Of a DNA stretch of 64,000 nt, positions 10,740 through 18,332 are shown one piece after another. The translations under genes and the position numbers were made by a program. The notes under the pieces are model-generated. The model did no database searches, was not told where the DNA came from, and was given only the letters and a program-made list of their open reading frames with translations. The number at the start of each line of letters is the position of its first letter. The stretch's first letter is position 1. Source of the stretch: an uncultured cyanobacterium (GTDB lineage Bacteria; Cyanobacteriota; Cyanobacteriia; Cyanobacteriales; CAWCAG01); the NCBI GenBank assembly GCA_963803805.1, contig CAWDOD010000007.1, positions 192,001 to 256,000 of the forward strand, in the 5' to 3' direction.

Positions 10740-11269
10740 GGATTGGGATGGGCGATCGCTTGGATATTCATTGAATCCGTTGCCCAGTCCAGAGGATTAT
10801 TGACAATGTAAGCTCGGATTTTTTCTAAAGCAAATTCGTCGGGAATAATTCGGTCATAAAAGTTTCTTTGCCATACTTGTAACTGGGAATTTCTGTTCGC
10901 AATTCTCCATTTTTTGGTAACTTGAGACTTGAACTGCCCAATGATGGCGCTTACAGAATTAGCTGTGGGGCCATTTCTTATTTGAGAAATAGGTTTAGGG
11001 AGAGGAAACTTTCTATTAATAATCATGATGCCATGAAAATGATTGGGCATAATAACATAGCTATCTAACTCAATGTAAGAACGTACTTTAGGAGTTATAA
11101 GCCATTCATGTTCTACAATTTTGCCAAGGGGAGAAAGTTGTACTAATCCGGCCACAATTTTGCTAAGAGTGCATTCTTTGCGGTAGGTACAAATAGTAAT
11201 AAAGTAAGCTCCCGATTGAGTATAATCATATCCCGGTAAACGACGGGAAGAACGATGGTAGTTAGACAC
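10736..11269 (-). CDS. REP-associated tyrosine transposase (RAYT, IS200-like Y1 HUH transposase)
   Basis: RLPGYDY...YFITICT, HUH motif VIMPNHFHGI, VWQRNFYDRII and catalytic Tyr in YIVNNP; flanked by GTAG-type REPs. Confidence 0.9.
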   Translation of the reverse strand: MSNYHRSSRRLPGYDYTQSGAYFITICTYRKECTLSKIVAGLVQLSPLGKIVEHEWLITPKVRSYIELDSYVIMPNHFHGIMIINRKFPLPKPISQIRNGPTANSVSAIIGQFKSQVTKKWRIANRNSQLQVWQRNFYDRIIPDEFALEKIRAYIVNNPLDWATDSMNIQAIAHPNP

Positions 11270-11302
11270 AATTTTTGGTGATTATTTTTGATTAATTATG
11301 CT

Positions 11303-11612
11303 GTAGAGGCGACCCGCCTACGTTATTTTTGTACCCCACAAACCGATAAAATTAGATGTTTTTTCGGGGATTATTTGGTGGGGAGGGCGACCCAATATGA
11401 TTTATTTTTAGGTCGCCAAGGTTATGTCAACGGGTCGCCCCTACGGATTGTTGGGTGGTGTGCGTAAGCGTAGCCATGCCGGAGGCTTATCGTACAGGTG
11501 ACAATTTAAAAATATACCCATCATCAAAATCATGTTGTAGGGGCGACCCGCCTACGTTATTTTTGTACCCTACAACCGATAAAATTGGGTCGCCCTTTCG
11601 GGGTTTATGGTT
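11303..11612. repeat. REP elements right of RAYT (full unit 11303-11444, partial unit 11537-~11612)
   Basis: GTAGAGGCGACCCG 11303-11316 with CGGGTCGCCCCTAC 11431-11444; GTAGGGGCGACCCG 11537-11550; internal spacers nearly identical to the left unit. Confidence 0.85.
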
Positions 11613-11623
11613 GGGGCTGAAAT

Positions 11624-14600
11624 TTAAACTCCAGGAACACGGATATAGCGATCAGGATTACTCGCTGTGTAATCAACAATTCGGTGTAGTGTACCTGCCC
11701 CACCACCATCAAAATTAGTGTTGTAGTGTGATTCTGAAAGAACAACTCGTTTGACTCCATTTTGGTAGTAAGTTTTCTCAACTACAGCTACATGATTTTG
11801 ACCATTCCTTGTCCATTGTGCAATATCACCTGGTTGAGGATCGCTAACGATATACGCTCCATTGGATAGCTGATAGTGCCATTGGTTTGCATTGCCTGAC
11901 ATTGAGTTTAAAGCGGCAGGATTACCTCCTAATTCTTTCACGCGCCCGTGCGCGTACCAAGTACAATTACCTTCAGTTCTACTGTATCCATCAACTAAAT
12001 TTGAGCCATAACTTGCCTGGGAAAAAATATTTCCTGTTGTGTAAAACTGAGGACGAGCTTTGAAATAGTTTACTCCTTGCTGAGTAAGTAGAGGTGTTTT
12101 AACAGTACCTCCGCCTCCACCTCCACTATCTCCGCTACCTTCACTTATATAATAAGCAGCAACATAACCCACCTGACCATTAGCTTCAATCTCATACCAA
12201 TCAGTCCGATTACCTGGATAATAAGCACCACCAGAAACTTGCTTGCGAATTGTCACCGCAGTTCCTTTAGGTAACTTGCCAATAATAGTAGAACCACTAA
12301 CAGAAGGTTTGTTGCGGAAATTGAGAGAAACATTACCTACATTAGCATTAACATGACCTTTCTTCGTAGTATTGCCAGGATCGGAACTGCCACCGGGTTG
12401 AATAGGAGGCTTAGAATTGGGATAGCCGAAAATGTAAGCACTGGGAACCCAATAAGCTTTACCATCACGCCAGTAACGATACCAGAGAGCATCAGGCTTA
12501 TCAGTCCAAATATCATTAACAGACTCCCCGTAAGTCCAGCCATCGAAATGCAAAGTCTTTTTGTAAGGTTCAGCTAAACCACTGCGGTCTTCATGCTTAG
12601 GGCTATTACGCAAAGCTACGCCAATACTAGGCCCTACCCAACCGGAGAAATTCTCCGCACGAAAATCAGTTGGTTGAGAAACAATATCGACATAGTAGGC
12701 AGCGACAAAACCTTGCTGCCCATCTACCTCGACTTTGTACCACTCATCACTTAAACCATTCTCGTAACTTTTTCCTTTGACAGACTCCAAAACCTTCAAA
12801 GTTTTTCCTTTAGGAAGCTGGCCAATCAGATTATCTCCTCTTACTTCAGGAGAAGTTCGGAAATTGAGAGGGTCATTTCCTACTTTAGAATTAACCACAC
12901 CAGATTTAGGTGGTGCAGGCTGAGGTTGAGGCTTGGGACTAGGGGGAGGGTTGGAACCAGTTGCGCTACCTGTGAAGAATTTCTCAATGCCACGGGCAAT
13001 AGCATGACCCGCTTTTTCTACATTGCCACGGCTCATCCCTGGTGCATCAATAAACAAAGATTCTGTGAGAACGGCAGGAACCCCTAAAGGAGCATTGCGT
13101 AATACAGATAAATCTTTTGTTTTTACTCCCCGATTAGGAATCTCGTTATCAGGAAAGACAGCATCTAGTTCACTGTTGACAGCTTTAGCTAGTTCAGAAT
13201 CAGCACTGGGTGCATTGGGATGAGAATAAACTTCGTGGCCTTGGGCATCCTTGTTAAAGGCATTGAGATGCAAAGAAACAAACAGATCGTATCCAGCAGC
13301 CCGTTGACCAATCTGTGCTAAGGATATAGCTTCATCAAGGATTTTTACCTCTGCACCGAGTTGGCGTAGGTGTTCAGCAACAATTTTTGCTTGGTGTAAG
13401 TTTTCTGTTGCTTCATTTGTACCATTACCACCAGCACCAGGATCGAACCCTGTATCAGTAATACCATGGCCTGGATCGAGGATAATCTTTTTACCAGCGA
13501 GGGTATTAGTATTTGGAACTGGAAAGTTTTGGAAAACAGCACGTTCCCAAGGAGTAGTTGGTTCTTTCCCGATAGGAGGAGTTTGCTGCAATTTGGGGTT
13601 GTATACTTCTGGGTCAACGGTTCTTGCCAAACTAACTGCCGCAGCAATGTTTAGCAATCCTGCCCCTGTTTCTAAATCTTCTCCTAACTCGTTTATATCT
13701 GCTGCTGTAGATTTGAGGATGTCAATTACTTGGCGATAATTCAAATTAGGGTTCGCAGCCCAAACTTGAGAGGCAGCCCCCGTTACCTTCGCGGTAGCAA
13801 CAGAAGTACCAGCCATTGTCCCTACACCATTACCAACAGTAGATACGACTGGAGTTTCTAAGTTGCCACCATTAGCAACAATGTCCAACCCTTCGCCATG
13901 ATTTGAATATTCAGCCCGATCAAAGCCTTGCCAAACAGAAGTTTCACCACTAATTTGTTCTGCTGAACCTACGGTAATAACGTTATCAAAATGCTGAGAA
14001 GCTTGTCCCAAAGCTGACATAACTTCACCCTCATTTCCTGCGGCAACGGCAACGAGAACATTGTTTTGACGGGCATATTCTAAAGCTGCCATTTCTGAGG
14101 GGGTAAACTCATAACGGGTGGTTTCTACACCATCAATATCAATTTGAGTTAAATCAAAGCTTAGATTTGCGATTCCATTAGGTTGCCCCGACTCCCTAGC
14201 TGCATCTACAAACTCCATTAAAGATTCCGCCCATTCACCTGAACCAACAGCCCTTCCTAACCAAAGGGGTGCATCATCATTGATACCATCAATCCCAATA
14301 TCATTATCATTCTGGGCTGCGACAATACCTAAAACATGAGTACCATGTTCATTGCCTTCTCCTGGGGTTAGCAAAGGGTTAGCATCGTTGGCAATCTTAT
14401 CTGTTCCTAAACTAATTTTTTCATAGTCTAAGTCAGGATTATCACCACTAAATCCAGTATCAATAAAGCCAATCAGAGGTTGGTCTTCAACAGGGAAATT
14501 ATAATCGGTAACAGGAGGATCTACTTGAGGGTTAGCATATTCTAAAATAGCTTCCCCTAAATCGCTGTCTCGCCACTCTTTCCCCTCTTCAATGACATTA

Positions 14601-15424
14601 TCTAGTAATTCAGCTTCTCCGGTTGCCCCACGTACTTGGAAAATTAAATCGTTGTAATCCCTATCAGAGTTATCATCAACCCGCCAGTCTTCCATCACAA
14701 AGGTGTTGCCATCCCCCGTTACATCAGCAATTTGTCCTAAATGGAAAGCATCATCAGGGTTGGCTGTAGCCACAGAGAAAAGAGGACGCAAATTACCTTT
14801 GTCAGGATTATCGAGAAACTCTTCTACAGTGCCGTTAGGAATAAGCATAAAACCGAAGCGATCGCCCGGCTTCATTTTTACAGGATCTCCTTGTTGATAA
14901 ATACCAGAGTTACGATCAGCTTCTCCTAATTCCCCGGAAAATTTTGCCCCTTCAGTAGCATCAGAAATAACAACATGACCTAATTCAGAATCACTCAAAG
15001 CTCGGTTAGCAGCTTCAAAACTAAAGTCTTCCGACTCTGGGTTCAACCCTTCTAAACTAAAGATGGCTAACTCTCCTTCGTAACCACCACCATCAAAGAG
15101 GAAGTCAACGGTTACTTCCCCAGTGTCCCCAACAGTAAAAACCCCTGAGTCGAAGTTGGGGGAAGAGATATCAGCTATTTCAGCTATTTGATCTGTTTCG
15201 AGTTCATCAAAGAAGCTAATCGGCTCTAATTCTTCATCGCTAAAGTCTTGGTCTATTTCTGCTAAAGGATCAATATCTTCTGGTAGATCAACGTCGAAGA
15301 GGGCTAAGTCAACCCCGTCATCACCGCCATCTAATAGCCCACTGGGGGTAAGAATTGGTTCTAAAATAAAGGCTTGAATTTTGGATTTGCCAGAACGAGA
15401 AGAGTTATTTTCAGGTAGTGCCAT
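11624..15424 (-). CDS. Multidomain exported hydrolase: LEP-type leader, DUF4114-like domain, subtilisin S8, N-acetylmuramoyl-L-alanine amidase (Amidase_3), SH3b-like repeats, CHAP
   Basis: FILEPILTPSG (aa 19-29); MEDWRVDDNSDRDYNDLIFQV; S8 triad FIDTG / EHGTHV / GTSVA; amidase LDPGHG..NEA..SLHLNA..VLTE; SH3b LNFRTSP and LNFRNKP; CHAP GNCTWY...HVAVVE. No Sec signal, no RTX repeats. Confidence 0.88.
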   Translation of the reverse strand: MALPENNSSRSGKSKIQAFILEPILTPSGLLDGGDDGVDLALFDVDLPEDIDPLAEIDQDFSDEELEPISFFDELETDQIAEIADISSPNFDSGVFTVGDTGEVTVDFLFDGGGYEGELAIFSLEGLNPESEDFSFEAANRALSDSELGHVVISDATEGAKFSGELGEADRNSGIYQQGDPVKMKPGDRFGFMLIPNGTVEEFLDNPDKGNLRPLFSVATANPDDAFHLGQIADVTGDGNTFVMEDWRVDDNSDRDYNDLIFQVRGATGEAELLDNVIEEGKEWRDSDLGEAILEYANPQVDPPVTDYNFPVEDQPLIGFIDTGFSGDNPDLDYEKISLGTDKIANDANPLLTPGEGNEHGTHVLGIVAAQNDNDIGIDGINDDAPLWLGRAVGSGEWAESLMEFVDAARESGQPNGIANLSFDLTQIDIDGVETTRYEFTPSEMAALEYARQNNVLVAVAAGNEGEVMSALGQASQHFDNVITVGSAEQISGETSVWQGFDRAEYSNHGEGLDIVANGGNLETPVVSTVGNGVGTMAGTSVATAKVTGAASQVWAANPNLNYRQVIDILKSTAADINELGEDLETGAGLLNIAAAVSLARTVDPEVYNPKLQQTPPIGKEPTTPWERAVFQNFPVPNTNTLAGKKIILDPGHGITDTGFDPGAGGNGTNEATENLHQAKIVAEHLRQLGAEVKILDEAISLAQIGQRAAGYDLFVSLHLNAFNKDAQGHEVYSHPNAPSADSELAKAVNSELDAVFPDNEIPNRGVKTKDLSVLRNAPLGVPAVLTESLFIDAPGMSRGNVEKAGHAIARGIEKFFTGSATGSNPPPSPKPQPQPAPPKSGVVNSKVGNDPLNFRTSPEVRGDNLIGQLPKGKTLKVLESVKGKSYENGLSDEWYKVEVDGQQGFVAAYYVDIVSQPTDFRAENFSGWVGPSIGVALRNSPKHEDRSGLAEPYKKTLHFDGWTYGESVNDIWTDKPDALWYRYWRDGKAYWVPSAYIFGYPNSKPPIQPGGSSDPGNTTKKGHVNANVGNVSLNFRNKPSVSGSTIIGKLPKGTAVTIRKQVSGGAYYPGNRTDWYEIEANGQVGYVAAYYISEGSGDSGGGGGGTVKTPLLTQQGVNYFKARPQFYTTGNIFSQASYGSNLVDGYSRTEGNCTWYAHGRVKELGGNPAALNSMSGNANQWHYQLSNGAYIVSDPQPGDIAQWTRNGQNHVAVVEKTYYQNGVKRVVLSESHYNTNFDGGGAGTLHRIVDYTASNPDRYIRVPGV

Positions 15425-15468
15425 TTTAATTATCTGGTAAGAAAAATCAAATTTGCTGTCTTACCTTC

Positions 15469-15518
15469 TTCTCAGGGTGATAAACCACTATTTATGCACT
15501 GAGATACATTTCTTTACA
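15469..15518 (-). promoter_or_regulatory. Shared upstream motif, copy 3 (TGTAAA-N15-GCATAA-N18-GAGAA), before the hydrolase cargo
   Basis: Plus strand ttctc 15469-15473, ttatgc 15492-15497, tttaca 15513-15518. Confidence 0.6.
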
Positions 15519-15559
15519 ATCAGAGCCTTTAACCCATAACTTCAGTAAAAGTATAGTTT

Positions 15560-15610
15560 TGTAACAAAATCGGTAATTGTGCATAAAAGACTAGGGGTCA
15601 GACCTGAGAA
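15560..15610 (+). promoter_or_regulatory. Shared upstream motif, copy 4 (TGTAAC-N15-GCATAA-N19-GAGAA), before the GT4-M50-HlyD operon
   Basis: tgtaac 15560-15565, gcataa 15581-15586, gagaa 15606-15610. Confidence 0.6.
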
Positions 15611-15671
15611 CAAATAGAAGGCTCAACTAATTCCATAACTAACCATCTGTTTTCTCTTGCCATAACCAACC

Positions 15672-16865
15672 ATGTTCAAACAAAAACCAGGGCAGCACTT
15701 TTTCTTACTTTTCCCCAACATCTTCAACTTCAAAGGGGGTATACAAGTTTACTCTCGCTTTCTTTTAGAAACTCTCCAGGATTTATATCCTGAAGCTAGT
15801 TATGAAGTTTTTCTGAAATACGACAGTAAATTCCCTCAAAACCATTCCTTTCTGCCGCAAACTAACTTTCACTGCTTAGGTAAATTTCCTCGTTGGTGGC
15901 AAAGTTTCTTTTTATTACTACAAACAGTTATTCTTGGTACTTTACAACGCCCAACCTTAGTTATTGCCACCCACATTAACTATGGAATAGCCTGTTATTG
16001 CCTGAAAAAATTAACTGGCACTCCCTATTGGGTTGTCATTCATGGTTTGGAGGGGTGGAACATAGAAAATCCTCTGTTGCAAAGGGTTTTACAATCTACT
16101 GATAAAACCATTGCGGTAAGTGAGTATACCAGGAAACGTTTGCTTAAAGAACAACCGCTTTCCCCCCAACAAGTAGCTATTTTACCAAACACCTTCGATC
16201 CTACACAATTTCGCCCTCAACCAAAACCAGCTTACCTGCAACGGCGTTATGGTTTAACCCCAGATCAACCTGTAATTCTGACGGTAACTCGCTTAGGGAC
16301 TTCAGCAACCTACAAAGGTTACGAACAAGTACTTCAGGCTTTAGTTAAGCTACGTCAACAAATCCCCAACTTACATTACCTTTTAGGTGGAAAAGGGGAT
16401 GATCTTCCCCGAATACACAGTTTAGTACAGCGACTCGATTTAACTGACTGTGTAACTTTGACAGGATTTATTCCTGATGAAGAATTATGTGACCATTACA
16501 ATCTTTGTGATGTCTTTGCTTTACCTAGTCGAGGTGAAGGTTTTGGCATTGTCTATTTAGAAGCCCTTGCCTGTGGTAAGCCCGTATTAGCAGGGTGCGG
16601 GGATGGGGCAGTAGATCCTTTAGGGCAAGGAGAATTAGGTTGTTTGGTGAACCCAAATGATGTTGCAGAAATTGCGGCTAAACTCCAAGAAATTTTAGAA
16701 AAAACTTACCCTAATACTTTGCTATTTTCTCCCCATCTACTCCGGGAAAAAACTATCAGACGTTATGGTGTAGCTCAATTTTGTCATACCTTAGCTAATT
16801 TGGCTGACTTTGAGACATCGGTAGCAAATCCCCGTCCCTACCCATCATTGATAACTGGTAACTAA
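15672..16865 (+). CDS. GT4-family (GT-B) glycosyltransferase
   Basis: KGGIQVY N-terminal motif, YKGYEQV, EGFGIVYLEALACGKPV (EX7E signature). Confidence 0.92.
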   Translation: MFKQKPGQHFFLLFPNIFNFKGGIQVYSRFLLETLQDLYPEASYEVFLKYDSKFPQNHSFLPQTNFHCLGKFPRWWQSFFLLLQTVILGTLQRPTLVIATHINYGIACYCLKKLTGTPYWVVIHGLEGWNIENPLLQRVLQSTDKTIAVSEYTRKRLLKEQPLSPQQVAILPNTFDPTQFRPQPKPAYLQRRYGLTPDQPVILTVTRLGTSATYKGYEQVLQALVKLRQQIPNLHYLLGGKGDDLPRIHSLVQRLDLTDCVTLTGFIPDEELCDHYNLCDVFALPSRGEGFGIVYLEALACGKPVLAGCGDGAVDPLGQGELGCLVNPNDVAEIAAKLQEILEKTYPNTLLFSPHLLREKTIRRYGVAQFCHTLANLADFETSVANPRPYPSLITGN

Positions 16866-16866
16866 A

Positions 16867-18300
16867 ATGGCTGATTATAGTAACTGGATTTGCCCTGATA
16901 TTAGACCCTACTGGAAACTAGTGAGGGAAAAGAATTCTCAGCAATTAGTCCTTGCTGCAATTCAGGGGGAAGCTAAACATTTTCTCTCTGCAACTGAAGC
17001 CTATGCTTTACGATACTTTGTCGGCAAACTTACTGTAGTCCAAGTACAAAAGAACTGCAACAAGAGGCTGCAAACTGCTGCTTCCCCTAACTTGGTAACA
17101 GAATTAATAGCAAAACTGATTAAGCTTGAGGTTATTTCCTTGGAAAGTGATTCGGAGTTGGCAAAGCCTCAAAGTCCCCAATCACATCAACTTAAACCCT
17201 GTTTACAATGGGTTAAACCTGCCCCAGAATATTGGATTTTGCGTAACCCGGAAGATGTTACCTTTCTCCAGTTTGATAACCGTAGTAAGGAAGCGGTTGA
17301 ACAAATTGGGCAAATACCTCCCCAGGAGATTGTTCATCGGTTTGACATCACTCCCCAAGAGTTACAATACCTGCTGCAAATACTGGCAGCAACGGGGATG
17401 TTAGCTGGAACCCATCCTGGTAAACCGAAAAAAGGTAAGTTTCATCCTATGCAACTACTATTTTTTAAGCTTAAACTCTTCAATCCCGATCCTTGGTTGA
17501 CTAATGGGGTTAAATACTTGCAGTGGATTTGGACTTCCGCTTTCAGTTTCATACTTTGCATTTTCTTAGGATTATCAGGGGCAGTAGGATTTAATCAACG
17601 GCGGGAAATTCTCCACCAAGGGCAGGAATTGTGGTTAAGATCAGGAACTTCCTTGCTCTTCTGGTTTGCAGTTCTTTCTTTAACAGTGGTAGCTTTGCAT
17701 GAACTTGGCCACGCTTTTACCCTTAAGCATTATGGGGGCATTGTTCCGGAAGTTGGCTTACTCTTCATGTGCCTCTTTCCTGCTGCCTATACCAACACCA
17801 GTGATTCCTACTGCTTGCCTAAATTTAAGCGTGTTTTAGTTGTGGGGGCGGGGATAATTGTACAAGTTACTTTAGCTGCGGTGGGTTTGTTATTCTGGCA
17901 CATTTCCCTTCCTGGAACCTGGTTGCATACTGGTAGCTTTCTCCTTATGGCTGGGGCTTTATTCACTGTCACCATTAATCTTAATCCTTTAGCTAAGTTC
18001 GACGGCTATTACCTCGCCGTTGCAGCTACAGGCATCAACAACCTCCGCAGCCGTGCCTTTGGTTTGTATGGTAACTTGCTCCGGTTGCAACCGATACAAG
18101 AAACCTGGCGCGATCGCCTGATTTTAGCAGTCTATGCCCCTTTTAGTCTTGTTTATATTTGGTTTGTGTTCGGTTTCCTTTTTTATCGCTTAGGAGACTG
18201 GATTTTAAGCAATGTACCCATGACAGCCCTGATTTTGCTAATTATCTGGGCAATTTATTTTTACTTTCCTCGCTCCTCCACTGCAAAATCAGAGAGCTAG
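16867..18300 (+). CDS. M50 (site-2 protease-like) intramembrane metallopeptidase with two N-terminal PqqD/RRE-like domains
   Basis: HELGH (HExxH) at 17698-17712 and NLNPLAKFDGYY within TM segments. Two N-terminal repeats of strands + helices ending TELIAKLIKLEVI and QYLLQILAATGML. Confidence 0.85.
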   Translation: MADYSNWICPDIRPYWKLVREKNSQQLVLAAIQGEAKHFLSATEAYALRYFVGKLTVVQVQKNCNKRLQTAASPNLVTELIAKLIKLEVISLESDSELAKPQSPQSHQLKPCLQWVKPAPEYWILRNPEDVTFLQFDNRSKEAVEQIGQIPPQEIVHRFDITPQELQYLLQILAATGMLAGTHPGKPKKGKFHPMQLLFFKLKLFNPDPWLTNGVKYLQWIWTSAFSFILCIFLGLSGAVGFNQRREILHQGQELWLRSGTSLLFWFAVLSLTVVALHELGHAFTLKHYGGIVPEVGLLFMCLFPAAYTNTSDSYCLPKFKRVLVVGAGIIVQVTLAAVGLLFWHISLPGTWLHTGSFLLMAGALFTVTINLNPLAKFDGYYLAVAATGINNLRSRAFGLYGNLLRLQPIQETWRDRLILAVYAPFSLVYIWFVFGFLFYRLGDWILSNVPMTALILLIIWAIYFYFPRSSTAKSES

Positions 18301-18332
18301 AAACAGGTATTACCTATTACCCATTACCTATC

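Noticed and set aside
10507-11612. CRISPR array
   Set aside because: Repeat units have conserved rather than unique spacers, are palindromic GTAG-type REPs flanking a RAYT, and there are no cas genes.
10556-11718. ORFs 10556-10774 and 11455-11718
   Set aside because: Translations of REP DNA; they resemble each other only because of the repeat.
18159-18332. N-terminal extension of the HlyD ORF
   Set aside because: Overlaps the M50 gene and crosses TTACCTA heptamer repeats; ATG 18333 is the more plausible start.
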